Shown: positions 27,015-37,726, numbered from the whole stretch's first letter. The stretch is DNA of 63,905 nt, filler included, from 8 parts of 8 records of this genome joined end to end with filler, not necessarily neighbours in it, one strand, 5' to 3'. Translations and numbers: made by a program. Notes: a model not told the origin generated them from the sequence alone.

Positions 27015-28100
27015 ATGAAAAGGACAGTGCTTACACTAATAATAATACTCATCGCAAACTACGCATTTGCGACTGTTAAGATCAGGGACATATCCAATGT
27101 TGAAGGGATAAGAGATAACCAGCTTATCGGCTACGGTCTCATTGTTGGTCTTAATGGAACAGGTGATAAATCCGGTACGGATTTCACCGTTCAGTCCCTC
27201 GTAAACATGATGGAGCGGATGGGTATTACAGTTAGCAAAGATGATGTATCAGTTAAAAACGTTGCCGCAGTTATGGTTACAGCGAAACTTCCACCTTACT
27301 CAAAACCGGGCACAATGGTTGATATAGTTGTTTCATCAGTTGGTGATTCGAAAAGCCTTGAGGGCGGAACACTCCTTATGACGCCACTCTCCGCTGCAAA
27401 CGGAGAGGTTTACGCTGTTGCTCAGGGACCTATCTCAGTAGGCGGTATGAACGTTTCCGCATCAGGTGCAGGGGCTATAAAGAATCATCCGACAGTTGGT
27501 ATGGTTCCTAATGGTGCGATAGTAGAGCAGGAAATTCCGTTTATGATGAGCCAGGAAGAGATAGTTCTTACATTTAAGCAGAGAAACCTTACCGACCTCG
27601 TAAAAGCGAAAGAGGCTATAAACGGTCTTGTTGGGCAGGCAGTGGCTAAGATCACTTCACCTTCCACACTCGAAGTAGATGTACCCGCTGAGCAGAGAGA
27701 TGACTTCTACGTTTATCTCGATAATGTACTCAGCGCAAAGATAGAACCTACAAACCTCGCAAGAGTGGTTGTGGACGAGAGAACAGGAACGATAGTTATG
27801 GGGGCTGACGTAAGGCTGAACACAGTTGCAGTTTCACACGGTAACCTCACAATAACAGTCAAATCAACAGTTGAGAAGACAGAGGCTGACATATTAGGTC
27901 AGGGCGCAGAGACTGTTGAAGAGACAGATATAGAAATAGAGGAAGAGAATGCGAACCTTATGGTTGTTCCGGAAGGCGTTAGCATAAGCGACCTTGTTAA
28001 AGCTCTTAACTCTATCGGCGTAACACCAAGAGACCTGATATCAATCCTTCAGGCGATAAAATCAGCCGGTGCACTCCACGGCGATCTTCAGGTGATGTAA
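27015..28100 (+). CDS. flgI: flagellar P-ring protein FlgI
   Basis: IRDNQLIGYGLIVGLNGTGD, KNVAAVMVTA, LQAIKSAGALH. Confidence 0.97.
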   Translation: MKRTVLTLIIILIANYAFATVKIRDISNVEGIRDNQLIGYGLIVGLNGTGDKSGTDFTVQSLVNMMERMGITVSKDDVSVKNVAAVMVTAKLPPYSKPGTMVDIVVSSVGDSKSLEGGTLLMTPLSAANGEVYAVAQGPISVGGMNVSASGAGAIKNHPTVGMVPNGAIVEQEIPFMMSQEEIVLTFKQRNLTDLVKAKEAINGLVGQAVAKITSPSTLEVDVPAEQRDDFYVYLDNVLSAKIEPTNLARVVVDERTGTIVMGADVRLNTVAVSHGNLTITVKSTVEKTEADILGQGAETVEETDIEIEEENANLMVVPEGVSISDLVKALNSIGVTPRDLISILQAIKSAGALHGDLQVM

Positions 28101-28495
28101 TGTATACAGAAGCACTCAGTACAGACCTTAACACAACAAAAGACCAGACTCAGAAGCTCAAGAAGGCTACAGAAGAGTTCGAAGCACTCTTTATGTCTAA
28201 GATATTCTCCAGCATGAGAGACACTATCCAAGATAGCGGACTTGTTGAGAAGAGCATGGGCGAAGAGGTTTTCACAGAGATGCTCGATAGTGAGGTTGCT
28301 CAGCAGTCTTCAAAGGGTGAGGGTATCGGGCTTGCTGATATGCTCTTTGATTCACTGAGCAGAAATCTCCCAGGTGTGGATGGAAATAATTTCCCGACAG
28401 GAAAAAACAACCCTGCCAGCTCATCACAATTCCTTGAATTACAAAGGAAAATGAATGGCACGAATGTTGCTTCTAACATAGATGTAAAATTATGA
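28100..28495 (+). CDS. flgJ: short FlgJ (rod-binding domain only)
   Basis: LKKA..EFEALF....MR, F..MLD...A....GIGLADML; no muramidase domain. Confidence 0.85.
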   Translation: MYTEALSTDLNTTKDQTQKLKKATEEFEALFMSKIFSSMRDTIQDSGLVEKSMGEEVFTEMLDSEVAQQSSKGEGIGLADMLFDSLSRNLPGVDGNNFPTGKNNPASSSQFLELQRKMNGTNVASNIDVKL

Positions 28496-28579
28496 GAGCA
28501 GGAGACTAAAGGAAAGACAGCTTTTTCACTGGAACAACCGGGTAAAAACTGCTAAAGTTTTTTAGAATCTCGACGATTA
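28456..28579 (+). promoter_or_regulatory. tandem sigma54 and sigma28 promoters for flgM
   Basis: TGGCAC-GAATG-TTGC at 28456-28470; TAAA-N15-GACGATTA at 28553-28579. Confidence 0.7.
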
Positions 28580-28602
28580 TCTGGATGTACCGGAGGCTAC
28601 TG

Positions 28603-28899
28603 ATGAGAATAGACGACAAGTTCAAAATGAACATGAACAAACTGAATGAGACAGCAGACAGCAAGAAGAAGAGCGCCAAAAGCTCATCTGAGTCTGGATC
28701 CTCTAGCAGTGACAGCGTTTCTCTCTCAAACAGTGCGAAAAATGCCGCAAATGTCACAGAAGCTGTTAAAGGCGCTCCAGAGATCAGAGTTGAGCTGGTA
28801 CACGAGCTCAAGCTAAAGATCGAGAACGGTGAGTACAACGTATCAGGCAGAGATGTCGCTGAGAAAGTTGTACATGCAGCTATCGACGATCTCTTCTAA
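28603..28899 (+). CDS. flgM: anti-sigma28 factor FlgM
   Basis: DSVSLS, R.ELV.ELK.KIENGEYNV....VAEK; RBS GGAGG before ATG 28603. Confidence 0.9.
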   Translation: MRIDDKFKMNMNKLNETADSKKKSAKSSSESGSSSSDSVSLSNSAKNAANVTEAVKGAPEIRVELVHELKLKIENGEYNVSGRDVAEKVVHAAIDDLF

Positions 28900-28969
28900 A
28901 AAAGCTGACCACGTCTTTTCCTTTTAAGAATCCGCTCCTCATAACTGCCGAAATACTCGGAGGTATGGG

Positions 28970-29449
28970 ATGGAACTCGTTAAAGATTTACTGGATATCT
29001 TAAAATCACAGGAAACACTGTATACTGAGATGAAGCAGATTCTCGAAGATGAGACTAACTGCGTTGTCACATGGGATGCAGACAAAACCATAGAATTAGT
29101 CAAAAAGAAAGATACTCTCTCTTATAAAGAGAAGATTCTTGACGAAGCTTTCAGAGCTAGTCTTAAGAAGATCGAAAAAGAGACAGGTATCGAACCTCTC
29201 CGTGTTCAGGATATCCCTGAGCAGTTCGCGGGGGAACATCACACAGAACTTACCGAAGTCCGCATGAGACTGATAGCTCTTGTTAAGGATATCGGTGCGC
29301 TCAATGAATCACTCAAAATTCTCTATAAAACTAATATGACACTTATCGAAGGTGTATTCGGCAGACTCGGTCTCGCTGGAAAGAACACTTACGGTATCGA
29401 CAGAGGTTATGGGAAATCAAGAACTTCTACTATCAGCAAAACAGGGTAA
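28970..29449 (+). CDS. flgN: flagellar export chaperone FlgN
   Basis: Coiled-coil, N...L, C-terminal TY; position between flgM and flgK. Confidence 0.8.
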   Translation: MELVKDLLDILKSQETLYTEMKQILEDETNCVVTWDADKTIELVKKKDTLSYKEKILDEAFRASLKKIEKETGIEPLRVQDIPEQFAGEHHTELTEVRMRLIALVKDIGALNESLKILYKTNMTLIEGVFGRLGLAGKNTYGIDRGYGKSRTSTISKTG

Positions 29450-29475
29450 TTGGCTCATGAAGCCGGAGGCAGTAA

Positions 29476-31230
29476 ATGTCTAACTTAATGCATATTTTTT
29501 CGACTGGTGTGTCCGGTCTTTTCGCTTCGCAGGCGGGGATCGACGTTACTGGTAACAACATTTCTAACGTAAATACAGAAGGCTACTCCAGACAAAGAGT
29601 TGTACTTGAGACCAATGAGTCTCAGGTGCTTTCCACTGGAGTTTTCGGTCGTGGTGTAGACATCGAGACCGTTGAGCGTATTTATGATGATATGGTTGCC
29701 ACCTCCATCAGGAATGAGTCTTCCGATCTCAACTATTATGAGACAGTGCAGATGGCTCTTTCGAAAGTCGAGATATATTTTAACGAACTTGAAGATGGCT
29801 CTGGTCTTGGTGAGACTATGCAGAATTATTTCGATGCGTGGAGCGACCTTGCCAATACCGCCCCTGACGAATCTGATGAAGCACTTATTAAGCGTGAGAC
29901 GCTACTTGAAAAGTCGCTTGTACTTGCAGATAAACTTAATGGAAGCTATCAGGTTCTTGAAGAACTTAAAGATGAAAGTAATCAGATACTTGAAGACTAC
30001 GTTGATGAGATAAACGAGATTTCTGATAATATCTCTTACCTTAATAAGAATATCGCCCTAATTGAAGCTGGCGGAGACGGAGCTAATAGTTTTCGTGATG
30101 AGCGCCAGGTGCTTCTCGACAGGCTTGCAGAATTGACCAACATCTCTGTTACAGAGAGAACAAATGGTCAGATAGCGGTTTATGTGGGCGGTAATGCACT
30201 TGTTGACGAGGGCAAAGTTTTTAAGCTTTCAGCATCCAATGAGTCAACTGATAGTGACGATATAAGTATCATGTGGGGGACGCCAGGTCAGACAAAAGAC
30301 CTTGTGGAGATCACAGAGTCAATAACCTCAGGTGCGATGAGAGGCGAGCTTTATGTACGTGACGAGCTGCTCGATGAGTATCAGGATCAGATAAACGAAC
30401 TTGCAACTACAATAATTACTGAGACAAATAAAATTCACTCTGTTGGTCAGGGTACAGACAGACTGACACAGATCACATCATCGAATGGTGTTGAAAACCC
30501 TTCATACACTTTTTCAGAGGAAGTGGGTGCATTCCCTATCGAGGTAGTGTCAGGTACACTGCGTATTGCTATTTATGATGATGATGGAAATCATATTGAG
30601 GATCTTGACATTGAGATAGATCCTGAGAAGGACAACCTGAACTCTGTAATTGCGAAGATATCAATCGCAGATAATAACCCTAATGGCGGTAAGATTCAGG
30701 CGTCAATCTCCAGCGGTAACTCAATTAAGATTACAGCGGGATCAGGATATGACTTCACATTCGCAGAAGATACTTCTAACTTTCTCGTAGCATCAGGTAC
30801 ATATGGATTTTTCGGTGGTAGCGATGCTCAGGATATAGAGGTTTCAGAGATTATCGTAAACAATAACAGCTACATCGCAGCTTCCCTTACAGGTGCTGTT
30901 GGTGATAACCAGAATGCGTATGCAATCGCTGATATGAAAGATCAGGATATCATCGAAGGAACGAATATTACTGTTGATGAATTCTACGCTTATTTCGCTG
31001 CAAAAATAGGTAGTGATAAAGCGCAGGCAGATATCTATGTTACGACAAAAGAACAGGCAGTGACAGAGCTTTCGCTTAAACTGGAAGAGGTTAAGGGTGT
31101 TTCCATGGATGAGGAAATGACAAACCTTATGAAGTATCAGCGGGCTTTTGAAGCTAGCTCACGTTTTATAAATGTCGTGGATGAGATGCTTAGCAAACTC
31201 GTTAACAGCCTTGGAACCGGCGGACGTTAA
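29476..31230 (+). CDS. flgK: hook-associated protein FlgK
   Basis: GNNISNVNTEGYSRQRV; GVSMDEEMTNLMKYQRAFEAS. Confidence 0.96.
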   Translation: MSNLMHIFSTGVSGLFASQAGIDVTGNNISNVNTEGYSRQRVVLETNESQVLSTGVFGRGVDIETVERIYDDMVATSIRNESSDLNYYETVQMALSKVEIYFNELEDGSGLGETMQNYFDAWSDLANTAPDESDEALIKRETLLEKSLVLADKLNGSYQVLEELKDESNQILEDYVDEINEISDNISYLNKNIALIEAGGDGANSFRDERQVLLDRLAELTNISVTERTNGQIAVYVGGNALVDEGKVFKLSASNESTDSDDISIMWGTPGQTKDLVEITESITSGAMRGELYVRDELLDEYQDQINELATTIITETNKIHSVGQGTDRLTQITSSNGVENPSYTFSEEVGAFPIEVVSGTLRIAIYDDDGNHIEDLDIEIDPEKDNLNSVIAKISIADNNPNGGKIQASISSGNSIKITAGSGYDFTFAEDTSNFLVASGTYGFFGGSDAQDIEVSEIIVNNNSYIAASLTGAVGDNQNAYAIADMKDQDIIEGTNITVDEFYAYFAAKIGSDKAQADIYVTTKEQAVTELSLKLEEVKGVSMDEEMTNLMKYQRAFEASSRFINVVDEMLSKLVNSLGTGGR

Positions 31231-31248
31231 AGGTAAGGGGAAGATAGC

Positions 31249-34200
31249 ATGAGAATAACATATAACTATATGACGATGAAATACCTTAGCGGTATGAACT
31301 CTACTTTGAACACCTTGGTTAAAGCTAGTGAAGAGGTTTCTAAAGGCCGTCAGCTCATCGACCCAGAGGATGATCCGGTTAAATATCTTTCAGCTTTTAA
31401 CCTTCAGCGTTCGATAGACGATGCAGAACAGTACAGCCGAAACGCGAATAACGCACTTATATGGATTCAGGCGGAAGATTCTGAACTTCAGAATGCCTCT
31501 TCTATCCTTTCAAGAGCCAAGGATGAGCTCGCTATTCAAGGTATAAACGACTCTCAGGATGCCGACTCACGTAAGGCTATCGCCGGTGAGGTAGAAAACA
31601 TCTATCAAGAGATGCTCGATATCGCAAACTCACAATATATGGACAGGTACATCTTCGGCGGATACGAGACAGAGGATGAGCCTTTTACATCGGGAGCGAG
31701 ACAGGTTACATCTGTTGTTTCAAATATGGACGACGGAGAGGCTTTCGCTACAAGGCTTTACTCGGATATGCCGGACCTCGCAGAAGGGTCTTACACAATA
31801 AAAGCTGTTGCGACCAATGGAGTGGTTTCAGTTTCGATAACTGATTCCAATAGCAAAAGCGTTATCCTCGACAGTAACGGAAGTGATGAATCCACTGAGA
31901 ACGGAAACCTCACCACTGACTCACTCGTTAAAGAGTTTGTGCCCGGGCAAGTTATTAATACAGGCCGTGGTGTAAGTATTAAGCTTCCTGATACGATGAT
32001 AGAGGGTGAGTCTTTGTCACTATCATTCTATTACACACCTGGAGACGATGTTCAGTATGTAGGTGATGATGGGGAAATTCTTTCCAAGATAGGAAGCACT
32101 CAGAATGTTGCTATTAACATACCTGGGCAGGATATCTTTATGGAGACACAGCGTACAGTGCTAGGCACTATGCCTAACACCTCTAACGGTATCGCAATAT
32201 CCCAGACAACGAACTTTTCTGATATAGACGGTGCAAATGTAAATATAGCAGACGGAATCAGCTTCACTGGTACTGACCATAACGGCTACCGCATAGGTAC
32301 TGCAAGAGTGACATCTCCTGCGAACGTAAGTATGGACATGATAAATACCACTGATGCTCAGAGGACTCTGACAATACAATATGCTGGTAAGTCATACGAT
32401 ATAACTGTTGATGAACAGGGTTATCAGGATATGGACGAAGTGGTTTATAACGTCAACAGACAGCTCGACAATGCCGGTATAGGTGGCGAGATGCAGGCTG
32501 TGAATGACGGCGATAAGCTTATGATCATCTCAAATGATGCAGGAAGCGGAGTTGAGATTGGTGTCAGAGGCGCAGATTACGGTACTCTCGGATTTGCAGA
32601 TAATACAGTTTATGATACTGGTAAAGATACAGTTTTTGATATCTCTTACGACAATTATACGGGGCCTGTTGAGACCACATACACAGGTCTTACGATGGCT
32701 GGCTCTGTTGCCGGAACAGATCACTCCTATTGGGTGAACGGTACAGAGGTTGCTTTTACAATACTTGATACAGATGGCGCTACAGAGCGTCAGGATAAGA
32801 TTAATGCAGCACTTAAATCAGCAGGTCTTGAGTTCGAGATTGACGCTACTGTTGCTGATGATGGATTTGGCGGATATGACCTAACTATTACATATGTAAA
32901 TCAGAATTTTTCCAAAGATACATATCTCGCAACGAGAATTGACGAAGGTGCATCTGAATATCAGTATGCTACTGCTAAAGGAACAGATTTTCCTCTCGAA
33001 GAGGAGAAGAATATTAGTGATATGCTCGACTTTATAGAAGAGCTCTACGATAACGCTGTTGAAGCATCTGTTGTTGATGGAAAGCTTCAGGTGAAAGATA
33101 TCAGAAGCGGTGAGAGCCAGCTTACTTTCAGCTTAGATGAGCAGAATACTGGCGTTGGCTACGCAATGCTTCAGCCTAATGTCGCACTCACAGGCAGATA
33201 TTCCGGAACATCAGATGAGAACTGGAGTGTTGACGTAAGTGTTGCTGCCGGTGATGTTACGATCACAGTGACAGATACAGACGGAACAGTGCTTTTTAAT
33301 AACGCAGCAAGCCCGCTTGTCGCAGCGAACTATAACGGTGAAGAAATTTACATTAATCAGGGTGTGAGCATCGTTTTAGGCGAACTCGTAAGTAACTCTT
33401 TTAATGTAGATATGACACAGTCATCAAACCTAAGTTTTGGTGACCTTAACATCATCGAAGACGGATCAAACGTAGACATATTCCGCTCGCTTGATAACCT
33501 TCACGACGCCCTCGACCTGAACATCCCTGATTCAGGCATAGGCGCTCCGAGTGCATGGGAAAGTATCGACCTCGGCTCTGATGCTACACCATATTTTGAC
33601 GGTGATTTTAGAGGAAATTATAACGACCTGCTCACTTTTGAGGTGGAATACTACGGTAATAAATCTGAATATTACATTCAGTCAGAGCAGTATTGGGAAT
33701 CAGACGGGCTAACAATGTACAACAGTGTGGACCCTGTCTCATTCGACATTATGCTCCAGTCTGACAGTATTTCAGGCGACGGTTTTTTCACAAAGAATAT
33801 CTCTGTATCTACAGCGGTATACTCAGCCAGCACAACACTTTTGACTAACGAAATTATTCAGCAGATAAATAGTGATAGTGACATGCAGGATCTCGGTGTG
33901 CATGCCTATATGGAAGATGGAAACCTCAGAATAGATTCAGGCTCAGGTAATACAGAGCTCACAGTTCACTATAACAACACTGAGACAGCTTTTATGTTTG
34001 GTGAGGTTAATAGTGAAACAGACGGGACACAACTTCCGACTACGTCACCGGTAGAGGACTCGGTCTTGACTGTTTACTACGAAGACGGCGGTTCATGGGA
34101 AACAACAACCCCGATACAGATAACTGTTCCCGCCGGAACATATGCAGATGATGCGGCTTTGGTCGCTCAGATAAATACTCTTTTAGACGCTGAACTCGTT

Positions 34201-35106
34201 GGTGCGGGCTACCTCGCAGGCGATATGTATGCAGAAATGAACACAAATGGAACAATTGCTATTAAGAATACCGCTGCTTTTGACGATATAATAGTATCCG
34301 GTGATGATAATGCCGAACTGGGCTTCTATCCTGTTATACAAGCTAACACGATAGAGACCGCTGCCAGACCGACTTTGGATGTAAGTGAGAAGAATCTCGA
34401 GGAGAGAACGATCACGTTTTACACAGATGACGGTTCCGGAACAATGGTCTCTACAAGTGTTGTTGTAGATCAGGAAAACTTTCAGTCACTGGATGATTTG
34501 ATAGATAATATAAACTCAAAACTGACAGCAGCAGGTGTCAATCCGGGGATAACAGCCGGAAAGATGGGCGAAGACCAGTTGTCTTTCAGTTTTGACGGTG
34601 GAACATATACCACCATGCATGTTGCAGGCGACTATGAAGGTACATTCGGCATAGAGAAGGGCGGAGACATTGCGAAGATGAAGGTTACAGGTTCTGATGG
34701 AGCACTTGTAAGCAGTTACCTTCTCGATACGGCTAACGAACAGTATTACATCACTGATGGCGTTTACCATCATTATGATGCGGGTACAGTGGTTGCAACA
34801 GATACATATGAAGTTGCTGTCGGTTCGGGGATTGAGTATGAACTCCCTATCCTCGATAAGGCAGAGTCACAAGTTCATACAGCTCTCACAACTGTTGGTA
34901 ACAGACAGAACAGAGCAGAATCAGCGATAACTTTCAATGAGTCGCTGAGCACCATGAACGAAGAGATAAAAGCAGAATATACAGGCTCTAATACCATAGC
35001 CCAAACAGAGTCTATGACGAACTATACAGTGGCGCAAACTGTTTATCAGGCAGCGCTTCAGTCGTCGGCTCAGATAATGCAGATAAGTCTTTTGGACTAT
35101 CTGTAG
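31249..35106 (+). CDS. flgL: hook-associated protein FlgL, unusually large (1285 aa)
   Basis: MRIT..., PEDDP, IAN....RYIFGG; C-terminal YQAALQSSAQIMQISLLDYL; follows flgK. Confidence 0.9.
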   Translation: MRITYNYMTMKYLSGMNSTLNTLVKASEEVSKGRQLIDPEDDPVKYLSAFNLQRSIDDAEQYSRNANNALIWIQAEDSELQNASSILSRAKDELAIQGINDSQDADSRKAIAGEVENIYQEMLDIANSQYMDRYIFGGYETEDEPFTSGARQVTSVVSNMDDGEAFATRLYSDMPDLAEGSYTIKAVATNGVVSVSITDSNSKSVILDSNGSDESTENGNLTTDSLVKEFVPGQVINTGRGVSIKLPDTMIEGESLSLSFYYTPGDDVQYVGDDGEILSKIGSTQNVAINIPGQDIFMETQRTVLGTMPNTSNGIAISQTTNFSDIDGANVNIADGISFTGTDHNGYRIGTARVTSPANVSMDMINTTDAQRTLTIQYAGKSYDITVDEQGYQDMDEVVYNVNRQLDNAGIGGEMQAVNDGDKLMIISNDAGSGVEIGVRGADYGTLGFADNTVYDTGKDTVFDISYDNYTGPVETTYTGLTMAGSVAGTDHSYWVNGTEVAFTILDTDGATERQDKINAALKSAGLEFEIDATVADDGFGGYDLTITYVNQNFSKDTYLATRIDEGASEYQYATAKGTDFPLEEEKNISDMLDFIEELYDNAVEASVVDGKLQVKDIRSGESQLTFSLDEQNTGVGYAMLQPNVALTGRYSGTSDENWSVDVSVAAGDVTITVTDTDGTVLFNNAASPLVAANYNGEEIYINQGVSIVLGELVSNSFNVDMTQSSNLSFGDLNIIEDGSNVDIFRSLDNLHDALDLNIPDSGIGAPSAWESIDLGSDATPYFDGDFRGNYNDLLTFEVEYYGNKSEYYIQSEQYWESDGLTMYNSVDPVSFDIMLQSDSISGDGFFTKNISVSTAVYSASTTLLTNEIIQQINSDSDMQDLGVHAYMEDGNLRIDSGSGNTELTVHYNNTETAFMFGEVNSETDGTQLPTTSPVEDSVLTVYYEDGGSWETTTPIQITVPAGTYADDAALVAQINTLLDAELVGAGYLAGDMYAEMNTNGTIAIKNTAAFDDIIVSGDDNAELGFYPVIQANTIETAARPTLDVSEKNLEERTITFYTDDGSGTMVSTSVVVDQENFQSLDDLIDNINSKLTAAGVNPGITAGKMGEDQLSFSFDGGTYTTMHVAGDYEGTFGIEKGGDIAKMKVTGSDGALVSSYLLDTANEQYYITDGVYHHYDAGTVVATDTYEVAVGSGIEYELPILDKAESQVHTALTTVGNRQNRAESAITFNESLSTMNEEIKAEYTGSNTIAQTESMTNYTVAQTVYQAALQSSAQIMQISLLDYL

Positions 35107-35129
35107 GATTTAGAGTAGGAGCAAAAATT

Positions 35130-35606
35130 ATGAGTACTAGCGCAGCAAAGAAATGTGAGGACAAAATGGAAACCCGTAAGATTGTATCAGGTAAGCTTGG
35201 GGAGATAGAGTTCGAAGAGGCAGATATAATAACTCTGTCCGCTCCGATGCTCGGATTCCCTGATCTGAACGATTTTGTGCTGATCTCCAATGAGAAGTCA
35301 TACCCTTTCCTTTGGTTTCAGTCAGTTCAGGATGCAAATATCTGTTTTATACTGGTTGAACCGGAGATTTTCTTTCCTGATTATAAGCCAGAGGTAAATA
35401 AACGTGATCTTAAAATCCTTGCCGCATCAGACAATAAGGAGCTTAAGATGTTCGGGATTGTGGTCGTGCCTGACCAGCCTAAAAACGCTACCGTAAACTT
35501 GCGTGCACCTCTCGCTGTAAATATGGAGAAAAAACTCGCAAAACAGGTTATACTAGAAGATGACAAGTGGCAGATAAAGTCACCATTATTTAAAGATCAG
35601 GACTAA
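35130..35606 (+). CDS. fliW: flagellar assembly factor FliW
   Basis: LGFP, PFLWFQSV, P..FFPDY, TVNLRAP, AKQVIL. Confidence 0.93.
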   Translation: MSTSAAKKCEDKMETRKIVSGKLGEIEFEEADIITLSAPMLGFPDLNDFVLISNEKSYPFLWFQSVQDANICFILVEPEIFFPDYKPEVNKRDLKILAASDNKELKMFGIVVVPDQPKNATVNLRAPLAVNMEKKLAKQVILEDDKWQIKSPLFKDQD

Positions 35607-35609
35607 TTA

Positions 35610-35846
35610 ATGCTTGTATTATCACGGAAGATAAATGAAAGCATTGTTATCGGAGACGGCGGGATCGAAGTGAAGATCGTCGATGTTTCCGGTCGCAACG
35701 TAAAGATAGGTATCGACGCCCCCAAGGATGTGAGCGTTCACCGTAAAGAAGTGTATGAAGCCATTCTCAATGAGAATATCGAGGCGACGAAGAAGGAAAA
35801 TATCGTCTCATTCATCGACTTTTTCAAACAACAGAGCAAAGACTAG
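35610..35846 (+). CDS. csrA: carbon storage regulator CsrA
   Basis: [16 protein letters not shown]...[19 protein letters not shown]. Confidence 0.97.
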   Translation: MLVLSRKINESIVIGDGGIEVKIVDVSGRNVKIGIDAPKDVSVHRKEVYEAILNENIEATKKENIVSFIDFFKQQSKD

Positions 35847-35855
35847 GGGGATTAG

Positions 35856-36329
35856 TTGGGCGCAGTTTTAAGGCTGGGGCTGATTATTTTTTCGATTCTT
35901 TGTTTCATCCCATATTCCTATGCAAAACAACCCACAGATAAACAGCTGGATGAGTTATTCCGGCTGAAAGGCTCAGATAAATCTTACGAATCTGTAGTGT
36001 CGTCAATATACCTGCCATTAGTTGCCATCATGGAGAGCGGTGGTGTGAAGGTTCGTGATAAGGCGAAAGCAGACCGCATCTCAGACCGTGTGATACTCAC
36101 TTTTAAATGGGAAAACCTCAAACCGAAAGTTTATAAATTCTATAAATCAAACTATTCATATGAAGAGGTAGATGCGTATATTAAGCTTCTTAAGCGTCCT
36201 GAGTATCGTGTTATGATGATGAAAGAAGATGCTCTCCGACCTGCCTATGACAAAGTCTTGCAAACCTCAACATTCCAAAACCTAATGCAGATCCTCCTGC
36301 AAACCCAGCTCGAAGATGCGCTTAGATAA
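35856..36329 (+). CDS. DUF2059-like exported protein
   Basis: Signal peptide; Y..NYSYEEVDAYI motif. Confidence 0.55.
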   Translation: MGAVLRLGLIIFSILCFIPYSYAKQPTDKQLDELFRLKGSDKSYESVVSSIYLPLVAIMESGGVKVRDKAKADRISDRVILTFKWENLKPKVYKFYKSNYSYEEVDAYIKLLKRPEYRVMMMKEDALRPAYDKVLQTSTFQNLMQILLQTQLEDALR

Positions 36330-36372
36330 AAGTTGACTCCTGATTTGCTATATCCTTTAATCTTGTGTTAAT

Positions 36373-37476
36373 ATGTGTGCGTATTATTTATTTTTAGGGA
36401 GAAAATTGATGTCTGTTTTTAAATCGATTATCACTTTGTTTTCTGTGTTAATGCTAGTTGCTGCTTGTGGTGGCGGTGCTGGGAGTGGAGACGGTTCCGA
36501 AGCTTTACCTTACTGGCAAATAAGCAAAACCGGCGTATCTGTTTCATATGTTCAGTATGATGACGGCTATTACTCTAAAGGTGCAGATGGAGACTTTTCA
36601 AGAGACGATATTAATCGGGTTGTTGAAGATAATCTTAATGGGCTAGTTTGGCAGGACAATGACGTTGTCGGTACATCGACATACACACTGGCTGAGGCAG
36701 TTCAGTATTGCTCTAATCTTAATTTAGCTAGCTACTCAGACTGGCGACTGCCTAACATGGCTGAGTATATGAGTGTAATAGATTACAGTACCCTCAAGCT
36801 TAACAGCTCCTTTGAGCATAAAAATCCAGCGTGGACATCGTCACAGGTTTCGGGTGGTCTAGAGTCTTTTGTCTACGGTGTCGGCGAAAGTGAGCAATTC
36901 TACGGTATAGAAGCACTCGGTAGCTATAAGATGCCGAAAACAAATAGCTTTTCTGTAAGGTGCGTCAGGGGCGATGAGTATCCTGCTTCAGATATGACTA
37001 AAACAGGTGACTTTGTAATTGATAACAACACTGGTCTGATGTGGAAGGATGCTAGAGCACTGATGTCATTTACAGGTGCAATATCTTACTGTGAAACTTT
37101 GACGGATGGATATTCAGACTGGAGACTGCCTAATATTAGAGAGCTTAATACTATTATAGATTTTGATGCTGCTTCTATAGATTCTGCATTTACTGGTGCG
37201 TTAGCGAATGCTTATTGGAGCTCAACCGCATTCAAATATTTTAGTGATACATATATAGGCGTCGCTACTGTGGATCCTTATGAAGTTGGTGGAGCTCTTT
37301 ATCCGTCACTTATTACAGGTTCAGATGATGACTCTGATGGATATTACGATGTGTATACAGTCTCTTCAAATTTATCAGGGGTGGCGCCAGCAAATATGAA
37401 CTATGTATCATACGGAAGCGTGGGCAGTATGAGTGGGGTGTACAATCTCGCTACTGTCTGTGTGAGAGAACAGTAA
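36373..37476 (+). CDS. DUF1566 (Lcl C-terminal) tandem-domain lipoprotein
   Basis: Two D..TGL.W / A..YC..L...YSDWRLPN..E repeats; lipobox VAAC. Confidence 0.85.
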   Translation: MCAYYLFLGRKLMSVFKSIITLFSVLMLVAACGGGAGSGDGSEALPYWQISKTGVSVSYVQYDDGYYSKGADGDFSRDDINRVVEDNLNGLVWQDNDVVGTSTYTLAEAVQYCSNLNLASYSDWRLPNMAEYMSVIDYSTLKLNSSFEHKNPAWTSSQVSGGLESFVYGVGESEQFYGIEALGSYKMPKTNSFSVRCVRGDEYPASDMTKTGDFVIDNNTGLMWKDARALMSFTGAISYCETLTDGYSDWRLPNIRELNTIIDFDAASIDSAFTGALANAYWSSTAFKYFSDTYIGVATVDPYEVGGALYPSLITGSDDDSDGYYDVYTVSSNLSGVAPANMNYVSYGSVGSMSGVYNLATVCVREQ

Positions 37477-37487
37477 TATCTTACAAA

Positions 37488-37570
37488 AATCGGGGCACAG
37501 CTTCAATTAGAGCCCCTTTATCCATTCCCACAAAAAAAGAGGGACACAGCTTTAAAACTATGCCCCTCTT
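37488..37570. repeat. pair of related hairpins/terminators between lipoprotein gene and tRNA
   Basis: GGGGCACAGCTT...GCCCCTT and GAGGGACACAGCTTT...GCCCCTCTT. Confidence 0.5.
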
Positions 37571-37579
37571 CTCATTATA

Positions 37580-37626
37580 TGGCGGTGCAGGGACTTGAAC
37601 CCCGGACACTACGGATATGAGCCGTA
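37580..37626 (-). tRNA. tRNA-Met(CAT), 3' portion
   Basis: Minus strand TACGG-CTCATAT-CCGTA anticodon arm, GGTTCAAGTCC T-arm, acceptor end CACCGCCA; truncated by contig edge. Confidence 0.85.
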
Positions 37627-37726
37627 NNNNNNNNNNNNNNNNNNNNNNNNNNNNNNNNNNNNNNNNNNNNTTAATTAATTAANNNNNNNNNNNNNNNNNN
37701 NNNNNNNNNNNNNNNNNNNNNNNNNN

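Noticed and set aside
36373-37476. DUF1566 protein as a DGR target
   Set aside because: No reverse transcriptase or template repeat on this contig; the Avd-like four-helix gene is on a different contig.
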